A stretch of 64,000 bases of DNA from Anaerolineales bacterium (GTDB taxonomy: Bacteria > Chloroflexota > Anaerolineae > Anaerolineales > RBG-16-64-43), in assembly GCA_016932475.1 (NCBI GenBank), contig JAFGCU010000020.1, positions 101 to 64,100 on the forward strand, written 5' to 3'. Numbering within the stretch: the first letter of the stretch is position 1; every line of letters begins with the position of its first letter. Shown piece by piece: positions 31,356 through 40,572 of the stretch. The notes under the pieces were generated by a model, which searched no databases, was not told the origin of the DNA, and saw nothing but the letters and a program-made list of their open reading frames with translations. A program made the position numbers and the translations under genes.

Positions 31356-31802
31356 TCACCCGCCCGCGTTCAGCATGATAAGGATGGCGACGGAGACCCC
31401 GACGACTGTGCCGACAATCACCTCCCCCGGCGTGTGTCCGAGCAGTTCCTTCAGGTTCTCCTCCTTCAACGGATGCCCGTGCGAGAAATCATCGATAATC
31501 GCGTTGATCACCCGCGCGTGTTCCCCCGCCTGCCGCCGGACCCCGGCCGCGTCGTACAGCACCACCATGCAGATGGCGATGCTCAGGGCGAACTCCGGCG
31601 AATCGAACCCCAGTTGCATCCCCAGCGCGATGGTGGCGGCGGTGATGATCGCCGAATGGGTGGACGGCATGCCTCCGGCGCTGAAAAACCACGACCAGGC
31701 CCACTCCCGCGTGCGCAAGTACTGCACGAAGGGTTTGCTGAACTGGGCGATGAACCACGCGACTGTAACGCACCACAATACTCTGTTCTGAAATAATTCC
31801 AT
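31356..31802 (-). CDS. divergent PAP2 family protein (DUF212)
   Basis: GGMPSTHSA, YDAAGVRRQAG, LKELLGHTP. Confidence 0.92.
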   Translation of the reverse strand: MELFQNRVLWCVTVAWFIAQFSKPFVQYLRTREWAWSWFFSAGGMPSTHSAIITAATIALGMQLGFDSPEFALSIAICMVVLYDAAGVRRQAGEHARVINAIIDDFSHGHPLKEENLKELLGHTPGEVIVGTVVGVSVAILIMLNAGG

Positions 31803-31819
31803 GATCCGAAAATCTCCTG

Positions 31820-32056
31820 TCACTCGTCCTGCGGGGTTTCCGCGGGCGGGCTCCCGAGTTCCCGGATCCGGAGTTCCGCCTTATCGAGCAGCCCGGCGCA
31901 GGTTTTCGCCAGCCCCTGCCCGCGTTCATAGAGCGCCAGCGCCTCTTCCAGGGGAATTTCTCCGGATTCGAGTTTGGTCACAATATCCTGCAATTCGGCA
32001 AAAGCTTTTTCATAACTTGGTTCCGGATCGGCTGTTTTTTTCTGTCTCGGTGCCAT
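31820..32056 (-). CDS. xseB: exodeoxyribonuclease VII small subunit
   Basis: SYEKAFAELQDIVTKLESGEIPLEEALALYERG. Confidence 0.93.
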   Translation of the reverse strand: MAPRQKKTADPEPSYEKAFAELQDIVTKLESGEIPLEEALALYERGQGLAKTCAGLLDKAELRIRELGSPPAETPQDE

Positions 32057-32113
32057 TCCCCTCGCTCCTCTCCGATGATCCCGTCACGCATAAGGCCTGC
32101 GGATCGCGGCGGC

Positions 32114-33328
32114 TTATTCCGCGCCTTCCGAGCGGGCGGCCAGCTTCCCATCGGCGACCTGAACCCGCAACCGCGCGCCCGCCGGAGCCTGTCGCACCGA
32201 CCGCACCAGGCGGCCGTCGGCTTCACTCCAGATAAGCGCATACCCGCGTTCGAGCACCCGGGCCGGCCCCATCCCCGCGAGCACGCGGGCTAGCCCTTCC
32301 AACCGAGAACGATACAGGCAAAGCCGGCCGCGGATCGAGGCCTCCGCCCGGCGCGATACATCATCCGTTTGCTGGCGGATATTCTGCAGGCGGTGCAGCG
32401 GAGAAACCGCCTGCAACCGGATCGTCGCCGACCGCAGCCGATCCCGGCTTTCCCGCAGGACGGATTCCACGCGCAAATCCAATCGGCGGCGGTGAACGGT
32501 AATGTGCTGCCGCAATTCCTCGCGGTCCGGCGAGGCCATTTCCGCGGCCGCGGACGGAGTTGGGGCGCGCAGATCGGCGGCGAAATCCGCCAGTGTGAAA
32601 TCCGATTCGTGCCCGACTCCGGTGACGACCGGAGTTTGCATCGCGGCGACCGTCCGCACCACCAATTCGTCGTTGAACGCCCACAGATCCTCGATGCTTC
32701 CGCCGCCGCGCACCAGCAGGACGACGTCCGCCTTGGCCTGATCGGCCTTCCGCAGCGCGGCGCAGATGCGTTTCGGCGCATCCTCCCCCTGCACCGCGGT
32801 CGGCGCAAAGAGCACCTCCACGATCGGGAACCGGCGGGCCAGGACGGTTTGCACATCCTGCCAGGCCGCCCCGATCGGCGAGGTGACGACCGCGATCCGG
32901 CGCGGCCAACGCGGGAGCTCACATTTCCGAGCGGGATCGAACAAGCCTTCGGTCTCCAGCTTGGCCTTCAGGCGCAGGAATTCGGTGTACAGTTCGCCCT
33001 GCCCGGCCGGCTGGAGATAATCCGCGTACAGCTGGTACTGACCGCCCGCCTCATACAGGCTGATGCGGCCATGCGCCTCCACCGCCTCGCCTTCGCGCGG
33101 GATCGCTATCCGCACCGCGGCGTCTCGCCACATCACGCAGCGGATGGCGGCGCCGGCATCCTTGAGGGTGAAATACAGATGGCGGGAAGCCGGGCGCGAC
33201 AGGCCCGATACCTCTCCCCCGATCCACACATCCTGCAGGACCGGATCGCTCTCGAGCGTAATCCGGGCCAATCGATTGATTTCGGTGACCGTCAGGCAGT
33301 TCGAATGAAAGAGGGGAAGTTGCTGCAT
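32114..33328 (-). CDS. xseA: exodeoxyribonuclease VII large subunit
   Basis: HLYFTLKD, RGGGSIEDLWAFN, GHESDFTLADFAADLRAPTPSAAAE. Confidence 0.95.
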   Translation of the reverse strand: MQQLPLFHSNCLTVTEINRLARITLESDPVLQDVWIGGEVSGLSRPASRHLYFTLKDAGAAIRCVMWRDAAVRIAIPREGEAVEAHGRISLYEAGGQYQLYADYLQPAGQGELYTEFLRLKAKLETEGLFDPARKCELPRWPRRIAVVTSPIGAAWQDVQTVLARRFPIVEVLFAPTAVQGEDAPKRICAALRKADQAKADVVLLVRGGGSIEDLWAFNDELVVRTVAAMQTPVVTGVGHESDFTLADFAADLRAPTPSAAAEMASPDREELRQHITVHRRRLDLRVESVLRESRDRLRSATIRLQAVSPLHRLQNIRQQTDDVSRRAEASIRGRLCLYRSRLEGLARVLAGMGPARVLERGYALIWSEADGRLVRSVRQAPAGARLRVQVADGKLAARSEGAE

Positions 33329-33399
33329 GCGTCCGCCGTTCGTTCCGGAATTGTACCAAGGTTTATCCGCGCGCAAGCTCGTCCGCCTTAAGCCGGGAT

Positions 33400-33428
33400 A
33401 AAAAAAAGCCCCGCCGAAGGGCGGGGCT
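33400..33428 (-). terminator. rho-independent terminator of the ATP-grasp gene
   Basis: AGCCCCGCCCTTCGGCGGGGCT followed by a T run on the minus strand. Confidence 0.85.
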
Positions 33429-33445
33429 CCGAGCTGTCGAAGATG

Positions 33446-34489
33446 TCAGGCCATTACCATCTCGCGTTCGGGGATCTGGGCCGGGACGGCGTAGCGTGCC
33501 GACGCCAGTTCAAGGATGTGCGCGATCGTCTGGCCGTAATCGTAACCGGCGGCGCGGGCCGAGCGGGCGAAACCGCCTTCCATGGTGATATCCGGGTTGG
33601 AATTCACGTCGACGACGTAGGGGATGCCGTCCCGCACGCGCAGATCCACGCGGCCGTAATCCCTCACACGCAACGAGCGCTGGGTCCGGCGGCAGACGTT
33701 TTCGATCCGGCGGCGCAGTTCGTCCTCCACCGGCGCGGGGCACCGCACCGAGGTGAGCAGGTACGCTTCCGACGCCGGATCCCATTTGGCGTCGTAGGAA
33801 CACAACCGGTCGTGATAATCCGGGAAGACGGAATAATCAATTAGCGACAGGGGCAGCACATCCAGCCGTTCATTGCCCCACAACGAGACGTTGTATTCGG
33901 GTCCGTCGATGAAATCTTCGACGAGGGCCTTGCAGTGGTACGTATCCAGCACGAATTCCACGCGCTTGCGCAGTTCGTCCGAGTTATCGACGACGGAGTC
34001 GCGGGTGATCCCCAAGGAGCAGTGTTCGGTGGCGGGTTTCACCAGCGCCGGGAAGCGGACCCATCCGTTGCGCGCCGGGCGCGAATACACGGCCGCCTGC
34101 GGCGTGGGAATGCGGTGCCGCCGGAGTATTTCCTTGGTGGCCACCTTGTCCTCGGTGATATTCAGGCACCACGCGTCCGATCCGGTGTACATGAAGCCCA
34201 GCCGTTCGAGGATCGGCGGAATCGCATCGTACGCGTTGGGTTCGCCGTCCAATCCTTCACACCAGTTGAAGATGATGCATTCCTTGGGATCAAAACCGCG
34301 CAGTGCGCCTTCGATATCACGCCGAACGGGGATCGAAGTGACTTCCATGCCCAGCGATGTCAGCCCGTATTTCATCCGGGTCACCGCCTGTTCGGCAGCT
34401 TCGATGTCTGCCGAAGTCCAATCGCTCATCACATTGTGAAGGATCAAGACCGAGTACGGATTATAAATTTCTTTTGCGTTTCGTCTCAT
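33446..34489 (-). CDS. Ddl-like ATP-grasp ligase (non-canonical)
   Basis: FNWCEG, YTGS, DKVATK, LVKP, LVEDFIDG, YGRVDLR, DVNSNPD; lacks the Ddl GGxSxE and LHG motifs. Confidence 0.88.
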   Translation of the reverse strand: MRRNAKEIYNPYSVLILHNVMSDWTSADIEAAEQAVTRMKYGLTSLGMEVTSIPVRRDIEGALRGFDPKECIIFNWCEGLDGEPNAYDAIPPILERLGFMYTGSDAWCLNITEDKVATKEILRRHRIPTPQAAVYSRPARNGWVRFPALVKPATEHCSLGITRDSVVDNSDELRKRVEFVLDTYHCKALVEDFIDGPEYNVSLWGNERLDVLPLSLIDYSVFPDYHDRLCSYDAKWDPASEAYLLTSVRCPAPVEDELRRRIENVCRRTQRSLRVRDYGRVDLRVRDGIPYVVDVNSNPDITMEGGFARSARAAGYDYGQTIAHILELASARYAVPAQIPEREMVMA

Positions 34490-34706
34490 GTCTCTCCTGT
34501 TTTTTTTCCGCCGATGCGGATCAACGTTCTCCTAAATCAATTTTTATTCTACATTACAAAACCGAGAAGTCAATGGGTCGAATCTTAAATTTCCTTTTCG
34601 ACCTCTTTAACATTCGCGCGTCTCCCGGAAGCATTTTTGCACCTTCGCGATCAAATTAATTTATTTTCAAAAATATTTTTGTGTGTGTTGCTTCACAATA
34701 TTTTTT

Positions 34707-34937
34707 CTTTACGTCATGGCGTCTTTGCGTTTTGTGTTTACTATCTTAACGCAAAGGTGCAAAGATGCGGAGACGCAAAAAACCAATACCCGGGAATATC
34801 AATGCTATTATGGAAATATTTGCATGATTGGTTTAATTCCAATATTGTGATTTTTATTTTGCGTCTTTGCGCCGTTGCGTCTTTAGGTTGAGAAGTTAAT
34901 ACCTTAACGCAAGTCGCTAAGGCGCAGAGGCGCAAAG
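34707..34937. repeat. four alternating-orientation blocks of 8-bp-periodic GCAAAGAC-like repeats in an AT-rich spacer
   Basis: Blocks at 34707-34732 (rev), 34748-34779 (fwd), 34859-34884 (rev), 34906-34937 (fwd). Confidence 0.65.
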
Positions 34938-34988
34938 CAGTTCAAATTTATATATTTTGTGATGTTTGGGAAAGACCAATTTTTGGAA

Positions 34989-35486
34989 TTACGGATTGGA
35001 ATTGTAATATTTTACGAAAACCACCATATCCTCGCCGGGTTTGTAGTAATCCCGGATGCGGGCGGAGAGCTCACAGCCCATTCGCTCATAAAATTTCGAC
35101 GCCGGCATGTATTCCCTGCCGCCGCTTGTCCAGATCATCATCAGCCGGCCCTTCCGGTTCCGGATTTCCGCATCCATCGCCGCAAACAAGGCCCGCCCCA
35201 CCCCTCTGCCCTGCCCATCCGGATCGGTGCAGATCCAATATAAATCGTACGCTCCCTGCGCGAACGGGGTCGGCCCGTAACAGGCAAACCCCACCACCCG
35301 CTCCCCGGCCCGGGCCGAAAACCACTCATACCCGGAATCGGGCGATTGCAGATGGGTGTCGAATAATTCGAAGATCGAATCTTTTTCCTCCCGGGTGAAG
35401 ACCCCCGCCCGCCGCGCGATCTCCCCGATCGCCGCGCGGTCTTCCGGTCGGCTTGCGTCTATTTGAATTCGAGTTTCGGATTTCAT
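34989..35486 (-). CDS. GNAT N-acetyltransferase
   Basis: GFACYGPTP, YDLYWI, QGRGVGRAL acetyl-CoA motif, FYERMG. Confidence 0.9.
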   Translation of the reverse strand: MKSETRIQIDASRPEDRAAIGEIARRAGVFTREEKDSIFELFDTHLQSPDSGYEWFSARAGERVVGFACYGPTPFAQGAYDLYWICTDPDGQGRGVGRALFAAMDAEIRNRKGRLMMIWTSGGREYMPASKFYERMGCELSARIRDYYKPGEDMVVFVKYYNSNP

Positions 35487-35562
35487 GGGTCGAATGGGTT
35501 CCCCGATTTTCCAAAGCGGCTTTCCAACCGGGCGCCAGGCCGCATCCGCGCCGTGCCCCCGG

Positions 35563-36801
35563 TCACGATCCGGCGGGAACAGCCTTCCCGGCCGGGACGT
35601 CTTCCGCGTCCCCGCTGTCCGGCAGCAATCCGTACCGTCTGGCGCCGGCTTCCAGAACGGATTGAATCAACCGGGCATAACTCCAGCCTTCCGACTGCGC
35701 GCAAATGGTCAGGTCGCTGATCGGGGTCAGGCCGGGAAGCGAATTGATCTCGATGATGTACGGCTGCAGGTTTTCACCGCTGTGGAGCCGGAAATCCACC
35801 CGCGCAAAATCAAGCGTCTGGGTCACCCGGAACGTCTCAAGGGTCAGCCGGCGCACTTCGGCGGCGATCTTCTCCGGGATGGGCGCCGGGCAGAAATACG
35901 GATACTCCTCGAGCGACAGGGCCTTCACCGCATAGGAATAGTAGGGGTCCATGCCCGGTATCCGCGCATGATCCACTTCCGAAATGGGGAAGATGTGGAT
36001 ATTGTTCCAGTCCACTCCCCCGCCCGGCCCGGGGATCAGCCCCCGCAGATCCGGCACCGGCTGCCCGGATTCCATCGCGGTCAGGTTCCCCACCAGACCG
36101 CAGGTAATGTCGCGGCCCGGGATGTACTCCTCCACGAGCGCGGATTCGCAGTATTCCTTTAATATGTATTCCACCTTGGCGCGCAGCTGATCCTCGGATC
36201 GCACCAGGGATTTGGAGTCGATCCCGATCCCGGTTCCTTCGCGATTCGGCTTCACAAACAGGGGAAAATGCAGTCGCGGATCCAAGGGAAGATCGGGATG
36301 CGTGAATTCCTGGAAACGGGGGGTGGGCAGGCCGTACGCCATGAGGATCCGTTTCGTCGCGGCTTTGTCCAGGGTGTTGGCGAGGCAGGTTACCTTTCCG
36401 CCGGTATAGGGAATCCCCATCATTTCCAGCAGCGCCGGGACTTGGGCCTCGCGGGCGTCTCCCCGGTAGCCTTCACAGGTGTTGAAGCAGATATCGACCT
36501 TCAAGCGCTTCAACCGGCGGAACAGGTCCGGATTTCCGTCGATCCCGATGACGTGGTGGCCGGCGGCGCGCAAAGCGGCGGCATACGCGGCAATGTTGGA
36601 TTCGCTGTCGAGTTCGGCGAATGCGTCCGCCGGATGCGCTCCGTCGGCGGGCGCGTGTTTCTTTAAATTATGAAGCACCGCCACGCGCAGGCGGCTTTTT
36701 CTCAACCCGTTCTTTTTCTGGGGGATGGCGGCGGCGGAGGACGCGGCAGGCGGTTCTCCGTTTATCACGGCGGTTTTTTCCTGGGGAGAAGTATTCGACA
36801 A
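35563..36801 (-). CDS. Ddl-like ATP-grasp ligase (non-canonical)
   Basis: FNTCEG, REAQVPALLE, IPYTG, FVKPNREGTGIGI, EEYIPG, ARVDFR, EINSLPG; TTG start uncertain. Confidence 0.9.
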   Translation of the reverse strand: MSNTSPQEKTAVINGEPPAASSAAAIPQKKNGLRKSRLRVAVLHNLKKHAPADGAHPADAFAELDSESNIAAYAAALRAAGHHVIGIDGNPDLFRRLKRLKVDICFNTCEGYRGDAREAQVPALLEMMGIPYTGGKVTCLANTLDKAATKRILMAYGLPTPRFQEFTHPDLPLDPRLHFPLFVKPNREGTGIGIDSKSLVRSEDQLRAKVEYILKEYCESALVEEYIPGRDITCGLVGNLTAMESGQPVPDLRGLIPGPGGGVDWNNIHIFPISEVDHARIPGMDPYYSYAVKALSLEEYPYFCPAPIPEKIAAEVRRLTLETFRVTQTLDFARVDFRLHSGENLQPYIIEINSLPGLTPISDLTICAQSEGWSYARLIQSVLEAGARRYGLLPDSGDAEDVPAGKAVPAGS

Positions 36802-36842
36802 GGATAGATCCTTGGAAGGCGGGAATCCGGCCGTGTGCGGGT

Positions 36843-38225
36843 TTATTTCTCTTTTCGCGGACCGGTCGGATCAGCCGGATGGCTTCCCCCCGAAGCCGAA
36901 CTCGTGCCGATCCCGCGCGGATTCCATTTATTCGAATCCCGGTTCAACCGGTGTTCGACGCCGCCCCGGGCGTGCATCTTCGCCCAATCGATCGGTTCGA
37001 TCGCCAGCTCGTCGCCGTCCAGCAGGCCGGAAATGCCCGACTGCCCCGGTTCCGCGCGCTTGCGCTTGCATTCCGCGCATTCGGCCGGATCGTGCGCGGA
37101 ATAGGCCGTCGGTTCTTCGTAACTCGAGATGTAGCCTTCGAAATTCCGCAGGGCGACGCGGTGATCCGACATGCTCAGCAGGTAATTCGGCCCGAGCGGG
37201 ATTTTTCCGCCGCCGCCGGGCGCATCGACGACATAGGTGGGAACCGCGAAGCCGGAAGTGTGTCCGCGCAAGCCCTCGATGATCTCAATCCCCTTCGAAA
37301 CCGGCGTCCGGAAATGCCCCGCGCCCTCGACCAGGTCGCATTGGTATAGGTAATACGGGCGGACGCGGATCCGCACCAGGTCCTGCACCAGCCGGCGCTG
37401 GATATGCACGCAATCGTTCACTCCCGCCAGCAGGACCGACTGGTTTCCGAGCGGCACTCCCGCGCGGGTGAGTTTATCCGCGGCGGCCGCGAGTTCCGGC
37501 GTGATTTCGTTCGGATGGTTGACGTGAATGTTAAACCAGATGGGATGGTACCGCCCGAGCATGGCGCACAGGTCGTCGTCCACTCGCATAGGCATGAACA
37601 CCGGCACGCGCGACCCGATCCGGATGATCTCCACGTGGGAAATCTCCCGCAGGCTCGCGATCAGGTTTTCCAGAATCTTCGGCGCAAGCGTCAGCGGATC
37701 CCCGCCCGAGAGCAGCACGTCGCGGATCTGCGGTGTGGCGCGGATGTAATCCAGCTGTTCTTCGTATTCACTCGAGGAGAATTGCGCCGAGGGATCCCCG
37801 ACGATCCGCGAGCGGGTGCAATAGCGGCAGTAGGACGCGCACTGGGTCGTGACCAGCATCAGCACCCGGTCCGGGTAGCGGTGCACCAGCCCCGGCACGG
37901 GGGAATGCCGGTCCTCGGCAAGGGAATCCTCCATCATCGCCGTGAAGGGCACGAGCTCCGCCGCAGTGGGGATCACCTGGCGGCGGATGGGGTCGGCCGG
38001 GTCTTCCGGGCGGATGAGGGAGGCGAAGTACGGGGTGACGTCGACGCGGAACAGATCGCCCGCGGCAAGCGCGGCGCGTTCGCTTTCGGTGAGCGGGAAC
38101 ACCCGCTCCAACTCATCCGCCTTGTTCAAGCGGTGGCTGAGCTGCCAGTGCCAATCGTTCCACTGCGCATCCGGGACGTCCCGGAAAACGGGCGCGCGGC
38201 GCGGGCCTCCCGGTGGATTGGTCAT
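36843..38225 (-). CDS. kamA: lysine 2,3-aminomutase (radical SAM, PLP)
   Basis: CASYCRYC, HRYPDR, LSGGDPL, YQCD, VVDAPGGGGK, C-terminal Cys cluster. Confidence 0.93.
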   Translation of the reverse strand: MTNPPGGPRRAPVFRDVPDAQWNDWHWQLSHRLNKADELERVFPLTESERAALAAGDLFRVDVTPYFASLIRPEDPADPIRRQVIPTAAELVPFTAMMEDSLAEDRHSPVPGLVHRYPDRVLMLVTTQCASYCRYCTRSRIVGDPSAQFSSSEYEEQLDYIRATPQIRDVLLSGGDPLTLAPKILENLIASLREISHVEIIRIGSRVPVFMPMRVDDDLCAMLGRYHPIWFNIHVNHPNEITPELAAAADKLTRAGVPLGNQSVLLAGVNDCVHIQRRLVQDLVRIRVRPYYLYQCDLVEGAGHFRTPVSKGIEIIEGLRGHTSGFAVPTYVVDAPGGGGKIPLGPNYLLSMSDHRVALRNFEGYISSYEEPTAYSAHDPAECAECKRKRAEPGQSGISGLLDGDELAIEPIDWAKMHARGGVEHRLNRDSNKWNPRGIGTSSASGGSHPADPTGPRKEK

Positions 38226-38264
38226 TCGCCCCTCCCGGTGCAGCGGGTGGCCGCGCGCGGGTGC

Positions 38265-38432
38265 TTATTTCGATGAAACATTCGCCCCTGGGTTGAGTTT
38301 AAGAATCTTCGCGGCGATCGCGGCGCGCGCCTTCGAATCCTTGGCATCCGCCAGGCGCTTCTTCAGGAATTCCATTTTCGACCGTTTCTGCCGGCGGCGC
38401 GAAATTTCCCGATCCCGTTCTGTTTTCGGCAT
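38265..38432 (-). CDS. small basic protein (DUF6800-like), 55 aa
   Basis: MPKTERDREISRRRQKRSKMEFLKKRL...KILKLNP; GGAGG RBS. Confidence 0.7.
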   Translation of the reverse strand: MPKTERDREISRRRQKRSKMEFLKKRLADAKDSKARAAIAAKILKLNPGANVSSK

Positions 38433-38754
38433 AGCATCCTCCGAACTGCTTTCCCAAGATGCGGAAAAGTATATCCCCTTTCGCGGCGATCGAACAGAGG
38501 ACATTCCGCTGACCGCAACGGTTCCTCCTCGCGCGCGAAGGCGGCGGCGCGGAAGGGATCCTCATCCGAGGATGCCTTCTCCGGAAAACGAAGTTCCTTG
38601 CGCGCCCCGCGCCGTCGCGGAAAGACTCCCGCCCTGCTGGAAAAATCGGGCTGGTATAATCCCCGCAGGATATTGTTCCGCATGTCGATCGCCGCGGTTG
38701 GAAAACAATCCGCGCGAATCGGGATCCTCCCGGGACGGGATATCGGCCATCGCC

Positions 38755-39078
38755 ATGGATGTAAAACAGCTCACCGAGGCTATGCACCGGTTCGTCCGGT
38801 CCAAAGGCTGGTACGCCGCAGATTCCCCGCGTCCGCAAACCCCGCGCAACCTCGCGATTTCCCTCTCCCTCGAAGCCGCGGAAGTCCTGGAACATTTCCA
38901 ATGGGACGACCGCGCGGATCCGGATATAAAGGAAGAGCTCGCCGACACGGCGCTGTACCTGCTTCAGCTCTCCTCCGTCCTCGGGATCGACCTGGAACAG
39001 GCTGTCCTCGAAAAACTGGAAACCAACGCCAAACGATCCTGGCCTGCCCCTTCCCCGGCGCCGAAGGACCGCAAATGA
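38755..39078 (+). CDS. MazG-like nucleotide pyrophosphohydrolase
   Basis: NLAISLSLEAAEVLEHFQW, EELAD. Confidence 0.9.
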   Translation: MDVKQLTEAMHRFVRSKGWYAADSPRPQTPRNLAISLSLEAAEVLEHFQWDDRADPDIKEELADTALYLLQLSSVLGIDLEQAVLEKLETNAKRSWPAPSPAPKDRK

Positions 39079-39752
39079 ACCCCCCGGCCGCCCGGACCAT
39101 TCTTTGCGTCAGCGACGAAATATCCGAGCGCCTGAATTCCTGCCAGGCCCCGCAGAAAACAGGAAAAGTCGATTTCATCATCAGCTGCGGGGACCTGCCC
39201 TTCGATTATCTGGAATTCCTGATGACCTGCTTCAACACCCCGATGTATTACGTCCTCGGAAATCACGACGGCGAGGGCTTTTTTCGCGAATGCGGACAGG
39301 TGGATTACCGGCCTGACGCGGGCGACAGCATCGACGGGAGCGCGTTGCAAGCGAAGGGAATTTTAATTGCCGGCCTGGGCGGGAGCATCCGCTACGGATT
39401 TACGCTGAAGAACCAGTACACCGAGGCGGAAATGTGGCGGCGGGTGCTGAGGCTCACCCCGCAGCTGCTTTCCAACCAGGTGCGTTACGGCCGCCGGCTG
39501 GATATTTTCGTGGCGCATTCGCCCGCCCGCGGCGTGCACGAGGGGGAAGACTCGGCCCACAAGGGATACGCCGCCTTCCGCTGGCTGTTGGAGTGGGCTA
39601 AACCGCGCTGGATGCTGCACGGCCACTCGCAATTCATCCGCCCGCCGAAATCGCTTCAGACCCGGGTCGGTTCAACCGATGTGATTTACATCCCCCCGTA
39701 CCGCCTTCTGCAGTGGGACGTCGCGGCGGATGCCCACCCGCCCCCCGGTTAA
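39075..39752 (+). CDS. metallophosphoesterase
   Basis: VSD, CGDL, GNHD, AHSP, HGH. Confidence 0.88.
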   Translation: MNPPAARTILCVSDEISERLNSCQAPQKTGKVDFIISCGDLPFDYLEFLMTCFNTPMYYVLGNHDGEGFFRECGQVDYRPDAGDSIDGSALQAKGILIAGLGGSIRYGFTLKNQYTEAEMWRRVLRLTPQLLSNQVRYGRRLDIFVAHSPARGVHEGEDSAHKGYAAFRWLLEWAKPRWMLHGHSQFIRPPKSLQTRVGSTDVIYIPPYRLLQWDVAADAHPPPG

Positions 39753-39770
39753 CCCGAAGGGAATCCGCGC

Positions 39771-40349
39771 ATGCCAGTCTCCCGTAACCGGTTTGTTGTT
39801 GGAGTGTTTGGGGCGGCATTCCTCGAAGAAAGCCATCCGGCATTCCAGACGGCATTCACACTCGGCTCGGAAATCGCACGCCGCGGGTGGGTGACGGCGA
39901 GCGGCGGCTACGGCGGGACGATGGCGGCGGCCAGCCGCGGGGCGGCCGAGGCGGGCGGGCACACCATCGGCGTGACGTGCGGGACGCTCCACCGCGCCGG
40001 GCGCCGCGCCAATCCCTGGATCCGGGAAGAAATCCACCGCCCCACCGTGCGCGCAAGGCTGACGACGCTGGTGGGCTTGGCGGATGCATGTGTGGCGCTC
40101 GATGGGGGTATCGGCACGCTGACGGAGATCGCATTCGGCGCGGTGCAGATTCAAACCGGCGAGTTATCCCCGCGCCCGCTGGTGCTGATGGGGAAGGTTT
40201 GGGATGAAACGTTTCAGACGTTTTTCCGATCCGCGGGGCCGCATATAAAGGCAGCCGACCGGGCGTTGTTCTCATTTGTTTCTTCTCCGACGGAAGCGGT
40301 TGCAATCATTCAAAAGCATTTCGATCGACTGGCCGGCCCAAGCCATTAG
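39771..40349 (+). CDS. LOG family protein
   Basis: SGGYGGTMAA, GGIGTLTE. Confidence 0.85.
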   Translation: MPVSRNRFVVGVFGAAFLEESHPAFQTAFTLGSEIARRGWVTASGGYGGTMAAASRGAAEAGGHTIGVTCGTLHRAGRRANPWIREEIHRPTVRARLTTLVGLADACVALDGGIGTLTEIAFGAVQIQTGELSPRPLVLMGKVWDETFQTFFRSAGPHIKAADRALFSFVSSPTEAVAIIQKHFDRLAGPSH

Positions 40350-40572
40350 TTCCTATTCTCCAGTTCTGGTTTCCACTTTCCGGTATTCGCAGCCGTCCGG
40401 CCCAACCCGCTCCCATTCCCTGCCTCCTTCCCATTTCTCTTTCCTGCCCCGCCCCCCGATCTTCCCCTCGGAAAAACACCGAGGTTCAGACGGGGAGAGG
40501 AGGTACGGTTGGCGTCCATCATCGAACCGGTTATCATTGCGGGGTCAATCCATCCCCGAAGGAGTCACACCG

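Noticed and set aside
33446-36801. Calling the ATP-grasp genes ddl or van
   Set aside because: They lack Ddl N-terminal substrate motifs and are not in a mur or van context.
36843-38225. EpmB (EF-P modification) or glutamate 2,3-aminomutase
   Set aside because: Length, the C-terminal Cys cluster and conserved Asp residues fit KamA/AblA; no efp or epmA nearby.
38433-38750. Lysine riboswitch upstream of the kamA cluster
   Set aside because: No L-box consensus seen; the region contains apparent divergent -10 boxes close to both genes.
40350-40572. T-box riboswitch before proS (also checked before tyrS)
   Set aside because: No GGTGGNACCGCG antiterminator; tyrS has a promoter only about 50 nt from its start.
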